Shown one piece after another: positions 10,164-21,600 of a stretch of 64,000 nt of DNA. Source of the DNA: an uncultured Verrucomicrobiae bacterium (GTDB taxonomy: Bacteria > Verrucomicrobiota > Verrucomicrobiia > Chthoniobacterales > UBA10450); assembly GCA_963726745.1 (NCBI GenBank), contig CAVSDR010000004.1, positions 32,001 through 96,000 of the forward strand, read 5' to 3'. Position 1 is the first letter of the stretch, and the number at the start of each line of letters is the position of its first letter. Under the pieces are notes generated by a model that saw nothing but the letters and a program-made list of their open reading frames with translations, had not been told where the DNA came from and ran no database searches. A program made the translations under genes and the position numbers.

Positions 10164-10961
10164 ATGCTTCCGCTTCATTCCGCCACTTTTCCCGCGACCG
10201 CCGCTGAATTGAAAGCGCTGCTTAATCGGAGCGTGCAGGAGCTTTTCGAGGGCGCCCCGGATGCCGTCGCGGTCGAGGACCTGGCCTACCCGGAACTGCG
10301 CGCGCTCACTCTTACGCTCGACGGCGCCAGCCTGCGGCCCAATCCGCCGCGCCCGCCGGCGCTCGCCGGTGCCACCTCCCCCGCCCTCACCGCGGAGAGC
10401 CTGCAGCTTGCGGCCGCGCCGCTTCGCCTCGGGCCGGTGGGGTTGCAGGTGCGCCTCGCGGCCGAGGACGTGGCGCTCCACCAAGGACGCGATGCGGCCG
10501 GCGAGATCATGCTCGTCCTCCAGAGCGCGAAAAACGGCACCGTGGAAATCAGCGCCCCCGCGACCGAGGTCGAGCAGGCGATCGCCGCGCTCGCGAAAGC
10601 GGAAGCTGGCAAGCACGGCGTCACTATTGAGGAAGTGAAGCTGCACGCACGCAGCCGCGACGAACGCAGCGTGGATGCGGAAGTGCAGGTCCTGGCGCGG
10701 AAACTTTTCTTTCGCACGACCGTGCGCATCCGGGCGCGCCTGGAATTAGACGACGACTTGAACGCGCGACTTTCCGAAGTGTCCTGCGAGGGCGAGGGCG
10801 CGATTGGCTCGGTCGCTTGCGGTGTGCTCGAGCCGCATGTGCGCAAGCTCGACGGCCGCGTTTTCCCGTTAATGGCGCTGCCTCTCGGCGAAATAAAACT
10901 GCGCGAGGTGCGGTTGGCCGCAGGCGACCAACTCCGCGTCTCCGCGGAATTCGGCGCCTAA
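10164..10961 (+). CDS. Hypothetical protein
   Basis: Long ORF with typical GC3-rich codons filling the gap between rpsN and the permease array; no motif recognised; start uncertain. Confidence 0.7.
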   Translation: MLPLHSATFPATAAELKALLNRSVQELFEGAPDAVAVEDLAYPELRALTLTLDGASLRPNPPRPPALAGATSPALTAESLQLAAAPLRLGPVGLQVRLAAEDVALHQGRDAAGEIMLVLQSAKNGTVEISAPATEVEQAIAALAKAEAGKHGVTIEEVKLHARSRDERSVDAEVQVLARKLFFRTTVRIRARLELDDDLNARLSEVSCEGEGAIGSVACGVLEPHVRKLDGRVFPLMALPLGEIKLREVRLAAGDQLRVSAEFGA

Positions 10962-10963
10962 GC

Positions 10964-13435
10964 TCACTCCTCGCGCAGCGCAACCATCGGATCCACCCGA
11001 GTCGCCCGCCGCGCTGGAAAAAAACAGGCGAGAAACGCGACTGCACTGAGCGCGACCATGGCCGTGGCGAGCGCGAGCAAATCGACGGCGCCCACGCCGT
11101 AGAGCACGCTCGCGAGCGCGCGACCGGTAGCCAAAGCGCCGGCTAAACCGAGCGCCAGGCCGATCGTGATGAGCACCGCGCCCTGGCCCAGGACCAGCCG
11201 GAAGACATCGCCGCGCGCGGCACCGAGCGCCAGGCGAATGCCGAGCTCGCGCGTCCGCTGGGTCACGCTCAAGGCCATCACGCCGTAGAGGCCTACGCTC
11301 GCGAGAAGCAGCGCCAGCCCGGCGAAGGATGCCAGCAGCGTCATCGTCAGGCGACGCGTCGCCAGGCTATTGGCGATGTTTTCCTCCATCGTGGCCACGT
11401 TCCCGATCGGCTGCTGCGGATCGAGCGCCTGCACTTCGCGCCGGATCGCCGGGAGCAGCGCGTGCGGATCGCCGCCCGCCACGCGCACCAGGAGGACGTT
11501 GCTCTCGTTAGGATTCTGCGAGGCCGGGAGATACAGGTGCACGAAATTCAACGCCTCCACGTTCTCTTCCCCGGGCGCTTCGTTCCGCGTTCGCGGGACC
11601 ACGCCCACGATGGTCAAGGGCGGCACGGTTTCCTCCGGATTCTGCGACGGTGGCCGCTGGTTGTCGTCCAGTTGCTGCCCGATCGGATCGCGCCCGGGGA
11701 AATAACGCTGCGCAAACGTCTCGTCGATGATCACCGTGCGCGGGCCGTCCGGCGTCTCTTCCGGGCCAAAGTTCCGGCCGCGCAGGATCGGCATCTTGAG
11801 CACGCGAAAATAATCCGGCGAGATGATGTTGATCTCGGCGGACGGTTCCTGGCCCGGCTCGGGCTTGGGCGTGCCGACGATGTGGAAATTGCTGTCCCAC
11901 TCGTTCTCGTCGAAGGGAATATTGACCCCAACCGCGGCCGCTTCCACGCCCGGCAAGGCGCGCACTCGCTCGAGCAACCGCTCGTAGAATTGCCGGATCT
12001 TGGCCTCGGAATCGAAGCGCGCCTGCGGGAGCGCGAGGGAAGTAGTCAGCACATTGTGCGGATCGAAATGGAGCGGCGCGCTTTGCGCACGCCAGAAGCT
12101 TTTCAAGGTGAGCCCAGCGCCGGCGAGGAGCACCACCGCGAGCGCCACCTGCGCGATCACGAGAAAAGAGCGCGCGCGTTGCCGGGCCGCGCCGCCACTG
12201 CCGCCGCGCGTCCCGGCTTCGTGGAGCACGATCGCGAGCGACGCCGTGCGCGAGATCCGCCACGCCGGCCAAATCCCCGCGAGCATGCCGGCCCCCAACG
12301 CCATCGCCGCAGTGAAAAGGAGCACGACGCCATCGATCTGCGTTTCCCGGAAACGAGGCACGCGTCCCGGGCTGAGCGCGATGATCCCGTCGAGCGACCA
12401 GATCGCAAGGAGCACGCCCGCGGCTCCGCCGAAGAGCGCCAGGAGCGTGCTCTCCGCGAGCAATTGCCGCGCGAGCCGCCAGCGACTCGCACCGAGGGCA
12501 GTGCGAATGGCGAGTTCCTTGGCCCGGGCGACCGCGCGGGCGAGCTGCAGATTGGCCACGTTTGCGCAAGCGATCAGAAGCACGCAGGCCACCGCGGCCT
12601 CGATCAAGCGCAGGCTTTTGCGGTATTCCCCCACCGAAGCCTGGAGCAAGGTCACCACGTCGATGCGCCGGCCGCTGTTGGTCTTTGGATATTGCCGTTC
12701 CAGCGCGACCGCGATCGTGTCCAAGTCCGCCCGGACCTGTGCCAGCGAGACTTCTGCGCGCACGCGCCCGAGGCCGCTGAAGCCCGGATGATTTCCCCGT
12801 TCGGCGACGGTCGGCTCCTTCCGGAGATCGCCCAAGGGCACGAAGACCTGCGCGAGACGCGGATATTTCACCGCCTGCGGAAGCACGCCCACGATCTCGC
12901 GCCCGACGCCGTCGACGATCACGACCTGGCCGAGCACTTTCGGTGAACCGCCGAAACGCGCGCGCCACAATTCTTCACCGAGCACGATCACCGGCGCTGC
13001 CCCGATGGTGTCGTCGGCCTCCGCGAGGTCGCGGCCGAGGACCGGCCGCACGCCGAGAATGCTGCCAAAATTTGCGGTCACGCGCGCGCCGTTGACGCGT
13101 TGCGGCCCGTTCGCGCCGCCGGGGAGCGAGAGATTAAACGGCTCGCGCCGGACGAGCGCGAGATCTGTCAGGGTGCGCTGGCCCGCGCGCCAGTCCATGT
13201 AATTCGGATAACTCACGGACCCGAACGGGAACGTCGCGGTCGTCTCGCGCAACACCACCAGACGATCCGCGTCGGGGTAAGGGAGCGGCCGCAGGAGAAC
13301 CGCGTGGATCACGCTGAAGATGGCGGTATTGGCGCCAATCCCGAGGGCCAGGGCAAAAATCGCGATCAAGGTAAAGGCCGGCGATTTAGCCAGCATTCTC
13401 AGGGCGTAACGGAAGTCAGTAAGGATGGAGTTCAT
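10964..13435 (-). CDS. ADOP-type duplicated MacB/FtsX ABC permease (copy 6 of operon)
   Basis: [54 protein letters not shown]. Confidence 0.93.
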   Translation of the reverse strand: MNSILTDFRYALRMLAKSPAFTLIAIFALALGIGANTAIFSVIHAVLLRPLPYPDADRLVVLRETTATFPFGSVSYPNYMDWRAGQRTLTDLALVRREPFNLSLPGGANGPQRVNGARVTANFGSILGVRPVLGRDLAEADDTIGAAPVIVLGEELWRARFGGSPKVLGQVVIVDGVGREIVGVLPQAVKYPRLAQVFVPLGDLRKEPTVAERGNHPGFSGLGRVRAEVSLAQVRADLDTIAVALERQYPKTNSGRRIDVVTLLQASVGEYRKSLRLIEAAVACVLLIACANVANLQLARAVARAKELAIRTALGASRWRLARQLLAESTLLALFGGAAGVLLAIWSLDGIIALSPGRVPRFRETQIDGVVLLFTAAMALGAGMLAGIWPAWRISRTASLAIVLHEAGTRGGSGGAARQRARSFLVIAQVALAVVLLAGAGLTLKSFWRAQSAPLHFDPHNVLTTSLALPQARFDSEAKIRQFYERLLERVRALPGVEAAAVGVNIPFDENEWDSNFHIVGTPKPEPGQEPSAEINIISPDYFRVLKMPILRGRNFGPEETPDGPRTVIIDETFAQRYFPGRDPIGQQLDDNQRPPSQNPEETVPPLTIVGVVPRTRNEAPGEENVEALNFVHLYLPASQNPNESNVLLVRVAGGDPHALLPAIRREVQALDPQQPIGNVATMEENIANSLATRRLTMTLLASFAGLALLLASVGLYGVMALSVTQRTRELGIRLALGAARGDVFRLVLGQGAVLITIGLALGLAGALATGRALASVLYGVGAVDLLALATAMVALSAVAFLACFFPARRATRVDPMVALREE

Positions 13436-15852
13436 TCAGTGCGGAGGGCTTCGCTGGGTTGGATTTGGGTCGCGCGGCGGGCCGCGCACCCGCTGGTCGC
13501 GAGTGCGGCCAGCAACAAAAGAAAACTGGCGGCGCCGTAACTCCAGGGATCGCCTAACGAGACGCCAAACAACGAGGCCCGCAGGACGCGAGCCACGCCG
13601 GCGGCCCCGGCCAGGCCGAGCACCAGGCCGACGAAGACCGCGCGCATCCCCTGCCCCATTAACATCCCCACGACCTGCGCGCGCGTGGCCCCGAGAGCCA
13701 TCCGGATCCCGATCTCGCGCGTTCGCTGAGAGATACCGTGCGCCATTGTTCCATAGAGGCCGGCCGCGGCCAGAGTGAGCGCGACGAGCGAGAAAAAGCC
13801 GAGCAACCAGGCGCGCAGCCGCGCCTGCCAGACCGAGTCGGCAACTTCTTTGCCTAACGAGACAAAATTAAAGACGCCGACATCGGGCGCGATCGCAGCC
13901 AGTTCGCGCTGCACCGCGGGCGCGAGGCTCAGCGGGTCGACACCCGTTCGCGCGCGCACCAGGAAATGCGTCTGCTTCCAGGCGAGTTGCAGGCTCGGCT
14001 TGTAAAGATCGGGACCGGCGGCGCGTTCCAGCGCCTGGTGCCGCACGTCACCGACCACGCCCACGACCGTCATCCAATCAGGGCTCGGTCCGCCGGGCCG
14101 TCCGAGCTGCAAGCGTTTGCCAACGGCGTCGGCGTCCGGCCAAAGCGATTGCGCGAGGCGTTCGCTGATCACGCAGACGTGCGGTGCATCGAGCTTGTCG
14201 CGTTCATCGAAGACGCGGCCGCGCCGCACCGGGATGCGCAGCGCGCGGAAGTAATCCGGGCTGACCGTTTGAAAATTCGCCAGCGGATTGCGCGCTTGTT
14301 CGTCAGGTGATTGGCCATCAGCGGTGAAGTCGACGCGGTTCCAAGGACGCTGCGCGACAAAGGGTGGGCTGTTATTCGCCGCGGCCGCTTCCACGCCCGG
14401 CAACTGCGCGAGGTGCGCCAGAAGCTTCGCGAAACGATCAATTCGCGTCTGCGCGTTCTCCGTTTCGCGATAGGTCGGGTTGACCTCCATCAGCAAAACC
14501 TGGCGCGCGTCGAAGCCGGGATTGACCTCGTCGAGCTTCATCACGCTGCGCAGGACCAGACTTGCGCCGACCAGGAGAATCATCGAGACCGCGATCTGCG
14601 CGGCCATGAGCAGCTCGCGTGTCCGGCCGCCGGCGCCGGCGTGACCGCCGCCAGTCGCCTTTAAAGTTTCGGCAATGTCGACCTGCGTCGCGCGCCACGC
14701 GGGCAGCGAGCCGGCGGCGAGCGCCGCGAGGCAGGAAATCGCAACCGTGAAGGCGAGCACGGCCGGGTTCACGTCGATCGTGACCCAGAACGGCAGCTCG
14801 ACCGGAATGGCGCGCGCGAGGAATTCCACCAGCCAAAACGCGAGCACGATGCCGAGCGCACTGCCCGCAAGCGCCAGGACCGCGCTCTCGGTCAGAAGTT
14901 GCCTAACGAGTCGCAGGCGGCTCGCGCCCAGGGCCGCGCGCACGGAAAACTCCCGCTGCCGCGCAACAGCGCGCGCCAGCAGAAGCTGGCTGACATTGGC
15001 GCAGGCAATCAGCAGGACCCCGCCGCAAGCCGCGAGCAGGAAGACGAGCGACGAGCGCACATTGCCGACCGTCTGCTCGCGCAGACTAACGACTGCCGCG
15101 CCGACGTCCTTGTTCGTGTCCGCATGCTCGCCTCGCAAGCGTTCGGCGATCAGATTCATCTCCGCCTGTGCTTCCGGAATGCTCACGCCGGGCCGAAGGC
15201 GCGCGATCGCCTGGTCGATCCGCCAGGAACGGTCCGTGCCCTGATTGAAAAACGCGGCCATCGGCACCCAGAGGTCGCTTTGCAGCGGGAAACGAAAGCC
15301 CGCCGGCATCACGCCGACGATCGTGCGCGGGGTCCCGTCTAACGAGACTTCGCGCCCGACGATCGCGCGGTCGCCGCCGAAAGAGCGTTGCCAAAGGCGA
15401 TGGCTGATGAGGAGGACGCGCGGCGCATTCGGCGCGTCATCCGCCGCGGTCAGGTTGCGCCCGAGCAGCGGCTCGACGCCGAGGAGGCTGAAGAGGTTCG
15501 CGGTCGTGAAGGTCGTCTTGAGGGTCTCGGTGCTGCCGCCGGCGGATTGCAGGTTGCCGTTCCAGCGCAGATTGAAAAAGGCCGCGTCGCTGAAACTGCG
15601 CGCCTGCTCCTTCCAGTCCTTGAAGTCGAGATAACCGACCCCGAGATCGCTTCCGGAACGCAGATTGCGCGATTGCAGACTAACGAGTGCTTCTGGTTGC
15701 GCGTAGGGCAGTGGCCGGAGGAGAAATCCGTAGACCACGCCGAAGATCGCGGTCGTGGCGCCGATGCCGAGCGCGAGCGCGAGGATCGCCACCAAGGTCA
15801 CCCCGGGTTTCTTGAAGAGCTGGCGAAAGGCGAAGCGGAGGTCGTGCATCAT
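13432..15852 (-). CDS. ADOP-type duplicated MacB/FtsX ABC permease (copy 5)
   Basis: Same family motifs; ATGA coupling to neighbours. Confidence 0.93.
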   Translation of the reverse strand: MMHDLRFAFRQLFKKPGVTLVAILALALGIGATTAIFGVVYGFLLRPLPYAQPEALVSLQSRNLRSGSDLGVGYLDFKDWKEQARSFSDAAFFNLRWNGNLQSAGGSTETLKTTFTTANLFSLLGVEPLLGRNLTAADDAPNAPRVLLISHRLWQRSFGGDRAIVGREVSLDGTPRTIVGVMPAGFRFPLQSDLWVPMAAFFNQGTDRSWRIDQAIARLRPGVSIPEAQAEMNLIAERLRGEHADTNKDVGAAVVSLREQTVGNVRSSLVFLLAACGGVLLIACANVSQLLLARAVARQREFSVRAALGASRLRLVRQLLTESAVLALAGSALGIVLAFWLVEFLARAIPVELPFWVTIDVNPAVLAFTVAISCLAALAAGSLPAWRATQVDIAETLKATGGGHAGAGGRTRELLMAAQIAVSMILLVGASLVLRSVMKLDEVNPGFDARQVLLMEVNPTYRETENAQTRIDRFAKLLAHLAQLPGVEAAAANNSPPFVAQRPWNRVDFTADGQSPDEQARNPLANFQTVSPDYFRALRIPVRRGRVFDERDKLDAPHVCVISERLAQSLWPDADAVGKRLQLGRPGGPSPDWMTVVGVVGDVRHQALERAAGPDLYKPSLQLAWKQTHFLVRARTGVDPLSLAPAVQRELAAIAPDVGVFNFVSLGKEVADSVWQARLRAWLLGFFSLVALTLAAAGLYGTMAHGISQRTREIGIRMALGATRAQVVGMLMGQGMRAVFVGLVLGLAGAAGVARVLRASLFGVSLGDPWSYGAASFLLLLAALATSGCAARRATQIQPSEALRTE

Positions 15853-18266
15853 TCAGCGCGCAAAGTTTCCATCGGGTTGACCCGCGCCGCGCGGCGCGCC
15901 GGAATCCAGCAGGCCGCGGCCGCGGCGCAGACCAGAACCAGAGTGACCGCGCCATAAATCAGCGGATCGTTCGCGCTCACGCCGAAGAGCACGCTGCGAA
16001 TCGCGCGGGACAAGGCGATCGCTCCGGCGAAACCGAGGAGCAGACCGAAGCCGAGCAAGCGCATGCCCTGCCGCAGCATCATCATGCGAATCTGCGCCGG
16101 TTGCGCGCCGAGGGCGAGGCGCACGCCGATTTCGCGCAAGCGCCGCAGGCCATTGAAGGCCATGACTCCATAGAGGCCCACGACCGCGAGCGTGAGCGCG
16201 AGCGCGGCGAAACAGACGAGCAGAAAACTGAGCAGCCGCGGCGTGGCCCACGTTTCCTCCACCCGCTCCTGCATCGTGCGGAACTCGAAGGCAGGTTGCG
16301 CGGGATCGAGCGAGGCCACGATTTCGCGCACCGGTTTCTCGAACGATTTCGGAGCCAGCGCAGTGCGGAGCAAAACGACGAGGCCGGTATTCGGTTGCTG
16401 CGCCATCGGGAGATAGGCCTGCGGCAAGACGGTCACTTCCTCGAAGCCGTAGACTTTCAGGTGCGGGACGATGCCGACGATGGTCCAAAATTCACGAGTG
16501 CCGTCTTTGCCGGTCAACATGCGGATGCGTTTCCCGAGCGCGTCCTGTCCGGGGAAATAGCGCTCCGCCATCAGTTGATCCACGATCATGACCAGCGGCG
16601 CATCCTTCGTGTCCGTTGCGGCAAACGGCCGGCCGCGGAGCAGCGGCGTCTTGAGCGCCTGGAAATATCCGGGCGTGACCACGTTCATTTCCGCCGAGGG
16701 CATCTGCCCGGGCGCTGGCTCCGGCGCGCCTTCGGGGACGAAGGAAGTTTGCCAGCCCGTCATCAACGGCGGCGTCGAGGCGAGCGCGACCTGTTCCACT
16801 CCGGGCAGCGCAGCGATCTTGTCGACTAAAGTCGTGGCAAAATTCAGCACCTTCCTGTCGTCCTCATACGCCGGCTGCGGCAGATCGACGCGCGCCGAAA
16901 GCAGGAGCTGCGGATCAAACCCGAGTCCGAGCGACTTGGCATTGGCGAAACTCTTCAAGACCAAACCCGCAGTGCTCAAAAGCACGAGCGTCAGCGCCAC
17001 CTCTGCGATCACGAGGAGATCACGCGAGCGCCGCGCGCCCGGCGCATCCGAGCTGCCGCGGCCGCCGGCTTTGAGCGCGAGTTGAATATCCGCGCGCGAA
17101 GTGTGCCAGGCCGGCCAGAGACCAAAGAGGACGCTGGTCAAAAGCGTGAGCGCCAGGCTGAAGAAAAGGACCCAGCCGCCTAACGGAATGTCTTGAAAGC
17201 GCGGCACGCCCGGCGGCGCCAGCGCGACCAGCAGATCGCGGCCCCACGCGGCCAGGCAAAGTCCGAGCGCGCCGCCGACGAGCGCGAGGACAAAGCTCTC
17301 GATGAGCAACTGACGAATGATTTGCCAGCGCGACGCGCCAACCGCCGCGCGCACGGCAAACTCACGCGCGCGGGCCGCGCCGCGGGCCGCGAGCAGATTG
17401 GCCAGGTTGGCGCAGGCGATGAGCAAAACGAGCGCAACCGCGCCTAACAAGAGCTGAAGACTGGCGCGATAATCGCCCACCTGGTTCTCCAGCAGCGGCG
17501 TCACGGTCACGCTCACGCCGGCATTGGAATCAGGATATTGTTTGGAGAGCCGCGCGGCGATTTGCTTGAGGTCGTTCAGCGCGCGCTCCTGCGTGACCCC
17601 CTCCTTCAACCGTCCCCAGGCGAAGAGGCCCGGATGATTGTCGCGCGTCTGCCAATTCGGACTCGCCGTCCGTCGCATGATGGGGAACCACACCTCCACC
17701 GTGCGCGGCGAAAACATCTGCGGCGGCATCACGCCGATGATGGTGTACGGCTGATTGCCGAAATTGACCACGCGCCCGAGCACGTTCGGATCGCGCGCAA
17801 AAACGCGCTGCCAAAGTCGATCGCTGATCACCGCGAGAAATCCGCCGCCGACCGTGTCTTCTTCCTCGGTGAAGACGCGGCCGAGTTGCGGCTCGAGCCC
17901 GATGACCTTGAAGAAATTAGCCGTCACGATGGCGCCGCTGACCTGCTCCGGTGCGCGCCCTTGCAATCCGCTCAGTCCGAACGATTCGCGCCGCGAGATC
18001 GCGAGTTCAGAGAAGCTGGTGTTGTCGCGTTTCCAATCGACGTAGTCCGGATACGAAACGGAGATCTGCGGCTGGTTCGAATCGCTTTCGGTCACGATCA
18101 TGAGCCGGTCCGCTTCCGGATAAGGCAACGGCCGGAGCAACACCGCGTAGATCACGCTGAAGATGGCGGTGTTCGCGCCGATGCCGAGGGCGAGCGTGAG
18201 CACGGCCACGATGGTGAAGCCGGGTGATTTCCGGAGTTGGCGAAAAGCGTAGCGGAGGTCGTTCAT
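15849..18266 (-). CDS. ADOP-type duplicated MacB/FtsX ABC permease (copy 4)
   Basis: [18 protein letters not shown] start at 18266; full family motifs. Confidence 0.93.
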   Translation of the reverse strand: MNDLRYAFRQLRKSPGFTIVAVLTLALGIGANTAIFSVIYAVLLRPLPYPEADRLMIVTESDSNQPQISVSYPDYVDWKRDNTSFSELAISRRESFGLSGLQGRAPEQVSGAIVTANFFKVIGLEPQLGRVFTEEEDTVGGGFLAVISDRLWQRVFARDPNVLGRVVNFGNQPYTIIGVMPPQMFSPRTVEVWFPIMRRTASPNWQTRDNHPGLFAWGRLKEGVTQERALNDLKQIAARLSKQYPDSNAGVSVTVTPLLENQVGDYRASLQLLLGAVALVLLIACANLANLLAARGAARAREFAVRAAVGASRWQIIRQLLIESFVLALVGGALGLCLAAWGRDLLVALAPPGVPRFQDIPLGGWVLFFSLALTLLTSVLFGLWPAWHTSRADIQLALKAGGRGSSDAPGARRSRDLLVIAEVALTLVLLSTAGLVLKSFANAKSLGLGFDPQLLLSARVDLPQPAYEDDRKVLNFATTLVDKIAALPGVEQVALASTPPLMTGWQTSFVPEGAPEPAPGQMPSAEMNVVTPGYFQALKTPLLRGRPFAATDTKDAPLVMIVDQLMAERYFPGQDALGKRIRMLTGKDGTREFWTIVGIVPHLKVYGFEEVTVLPQAYLPMAQQPNTGLVVLLRTALAPKSFEKPVREIVASLDPAQPAFEFRTMQERVEETWATPRLLSFLLVCFAALALTLAVVGLYGVMAFNGLRRLREIGVRLALGAQPAQIRMMMLRQGMRLLGFGLLLGFAGAIALSRAIRSVLFGVSANDPLIYGAVTLVLVCAAAAACWIPARRAARVNPMETLRAE

Positions 18267-18291
18267 AGGAGTATTAATCTCTGATTGAAAT

Positions 18292-20704
18292 TCATTCTGC
18301 GCGCAGCGCGACGATCGGGTCGACTCGGGCAGCACGGCGCGCGGGCAACCAACTGGCGACGAGCGCAGCGAATGCGAGCAGCGCACTCACGCCCGCATAC
18401 ATTGCGGGATCGGTCGCCTGCACCTGGAAGAGAAGTCCGGTGAGCAGGCGGGAAGTCGCAAGCGCCCCGGCTATCCCGAGCGCCAGGCCGATGAGGAGAA
18501 GCTTCATCCCCTGCCCCACGACGAGCGCGCGGATATCACTGCGCTGCGCGCCGACTGCGAGGCGAATCCCGATTTCGCGCGAGCGACGGACAACGCTGTA
18601 AGCCAGCACGCCGGCGAGGCCGATCGTCGAAAGCAAAAGCGCGAGCCCCGCGAAGATAACCAGGAGCAGACTGAGGAAGCGCGAGCCGGCCAGCGTCTCC
18701 TGCACGCGCGCCGTCATCGGACGCACGTCATAGACCGGCTGCGCGGGATCGATCGCGGCGACGGCGGCGCAGACCGATCGCTCGAGCGCGGCCGGGTTGC
18801 CGGGCGTGCGGAGGAGCAGGACGAAATTCGTCCGCTCCACCTGCGCCTGCGAAAAATAAACGATCGGGAGCGAGCTGATCTGATCAAACCCGCGCAGCTT
18901 CATCCGCGCGACCACACCGATGATTTCAAACATGCGCCCGCTGCCGCTGTCATCCGGATCGATCCGCAAGCGGCGACCGATCGGATTCTCTCCGGGAAAG
19001 AACTTATCGGCGACGGATTGATCGACGATGACGACAGGTGGCGACGTGCCGGAATCGCGTCCATCAAAGACGCGCCCGCGCTGAAGCGTGCCTTGGAGCG
19101 TGACGAAGTAATCGCCGCGCACGATCTCGGTGTCGGCGGAGATTTCCTGGCCGGGCGGCGGCTCCGGCGCGCCTTCCGGCAGAATATTCGTCTGCCAACC
19201 GGCGAGCATCGGCGGGTTCGAGCTGAGCGCGGCATTCTCAACTCCGGGAAGTGCGCGCACGCGCTCGAGCAGCCGATCGGAAAATTGCACGACCTTTTCC
19301 TTGGTCGAGTAGACGCGAAACGGCAGGTCGAGCCGGGCGGTGAGCAATCCTTCCGGTTGGAAGCCTAACGAGAGCGCCTGGGCGCGCGCAAAACTCTTCA
19401 GCACTAAACCGGCAGCGCAAAGAAGCACGAGCGTGAGGGCGATTTCACCGATCACGAGCCAGTCGCGTGCGCGCCGCGAGGCAGGCGAGTCGGCGCTGCC
19501 GCGCGCGCCGGCATTCAAAGCCAACTGCGCATCAGTGCGCGCCGCGACACGGGCCGGCCAGAGGCCGAAGAGGAAGTTGGTGCAGAGCGCCAGGCCGAGC
19601 GTGAAAAGCAGCACCGGCGCGTCGAGACTGACGGAATCCAGCCGCGGAATACCCGCAGGACTGAGGGCGATGATCGCGTCGCGTCATCCAGAAGGCGATC
19701 AACAACCCGCCGGCGCTTCCGAGAAGGGCGAGGAGCAAACTTTCGCAAAGCAATTGCCTAACGAGCTGTCCGCGGCTCGCACCGAGCGCGGTGCGCACGG
19801 CAAATTCCCGGGCGCGCGCGGCGCCGCGCACCGCGAGCAGGTTGGCCAGATTGGCGCAGGCGATGAGCAGGACCAATCCGACCGCGGCCAGGAGCAGGAA
19901 AAGATTTTCGCGATAAGGCCCGACCTGATTTTCCAGGAGCGAGGTCACCGCGACGCCGACGTTCGTGTTCGTCTCGGGATATTTTTTCTCGAGCACCGTC
20001 GCGAGCGTGCGCATCTGCGCGCGGGCCTGCTCGAGCGTGACGCCGTTTTTCAAGCGACCAAAGGCGTAGAGGCCGGGATGATTTTCACGATTCCAACCCT
20101 CCGGCACGCGACGCATGAGCGGCACCCACACATCCGCTCCGCTTGGAAGCGACATCTGCGGCGGCATCACGCCGACCACTTCGAAGAGCTGGTTGTGCAG
20201 ATTGATCGAACGGCCGACGACATCGGGCGCGCGCTGAAAGGCGCGTTCCCACAGCGCGTCACTGAGCACGACCAGCGCCGGTCCGCCGCGCCGATCTTCC
20301 GCTTCGGTGAAGACGCGGCCGAGGCGCGGCGACGATCCGATGACGGAGAAAAAATTAGCCGACACGAACGCGCCCGAGACGCGCTCGGCCTCGCGACCCG
20401 CGATGCCGCTCAAGTTAAAAGACTCGCGCCGGCTAACGGCGAGATTTTCGAAGACCTTGTTGTCGCGCTGCCAATCGAGAAAATCGAACCACGAAATCGA
20501 GATCACCGGTTGCGCGGCATCCGACTCGGTCAGGTAAACGATGCGCTCCGCATGCGGAAACGGCAGCGGCCGCAGGAGGACCGCGTTGATCACGCTGAAG
20601 ATGGCGGTGTTCGCGCCAATCCCGAGCGCGAGCGTGAGAACCGCAACCAACGTAAAGCCGGGCGATTTGCGCAGTTGCCGAAAAGCGAAGCGGAGGTCGT
20701 TCAC
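18292..20704 (-). CDS. ADOP-type ABC permease (copy 3), split by a +1 frameshift near 19684
   Basis: ORFs 19532..20704 and 18292..19614 join as ..[32 protein letters not shown].. if one base is removed. Confidence 0.88.
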
Positions 20705-21597
20705 GGCTGCTCGGCGGGTGGAGTTGGGACCGGTTCCGCCAGGGCGGCGGTCGGCTCGAGATAAATTTGGCCATGCGGCGCGTCGAAGGTGACGATGAAA
20801 CGGCGCAAAATTTCCATCCCGACAGATGGCGGCGCGCCGCCCGGACCCCAGACACGTTTGATCACGAAAGGTCCAATTTTCACCGAGGTGAAGACGCCGG
20901 AGTAGGCTTTGAAGTTCTCTCCCAGTCCGCCGCCGAGCGTGCTCGTGCGCACTTCTTCCGATTGCCTAACGACTTCATCGTTCACAGAGGATTCCGAGCC
21001 GGTGTCGATCCGCAGCTTGTGCGTCACCTTTTTTCCGGCGGGCACTTCGAGTTCCGCCTCGAGGAAAAGCCGACCGTTCTCCACGGAGAGAGGAATCGCG
21101 GCGCCGGAGCCGGTGTATTGGAAAGTGGCGGGATCGAAGACGCTGAAGCGCGCTGCCACCGGATCCATGCGGACGACGAACTTCTCGAACAGCTCCGCGC
21201 CGACCAATCCGCGGACGTTTTTCGGAATGGGAACGTTGCTCAGGTCGATGACCCAAGGCTCCGGCAGCTCGACCTTGAAGCCGTGCAAGCTCATCGTCTG
21301 CGGCGCGGTGATGGACTTGGCCACGGAACCTTTGCCCGTCCCGGTGACGGCGGTGGAGCTTTCCACTTTGAGTCCGAGCTCGTGCGCAAATTTGGGATCC
21401 AAGATGCTGTGCGGAGCACCGGTATCGACGAGAAAGAGCGCGGGCTCGGCGTCGTTGATGCGCGCTTCGACGAGCAGGAGCTGGCCATCGCGGCGGAAGG
21501 GAAATTCCGCCAACGGCTTCGACGGTTCCGCCCGGGTGAACGACGCGCCCGCAAGCGCCGTTATCACCAGCACAAAAGCAAAGCGGAGAGCGTTCAT
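20701..21597 (-). CDS. Secreted two-domain retropepsin-like aspartyl protease
   Basis: Signal peptide; FLVDTGA and LRIDTGS catalytic motifs; GLVG and SVG.E.L flap motifs. Confidence 0.85.
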   Translation of the reverse strand: MNALRFAFVLVITALAGASFTRAEPSKPLAEFPFRRDGQLLLVEARINDAEPALFLVDTGAPHSILDPKFAHELGLKVESSTAVTGTGKGSVAKSITAPQTMSLHGFKVELPEPWVIDLSNVPIPKNVRGLVGAELFEKFVVRMDPVAARFSVFDPATFQYTGSGAAIPLSVENGRLFLEAELEVPAGKKVTHKLRIDTGSESSVNDEVVRQSEEVRTSTLGGGLGENFKAYSGVFTSVKIGPFVIKRVWGPGGAPPSVGMEILRRFIVTFDAPHGQIYLEPTAALAEPVPTPPAEQP

Positions 21598-21600
21598 CAA

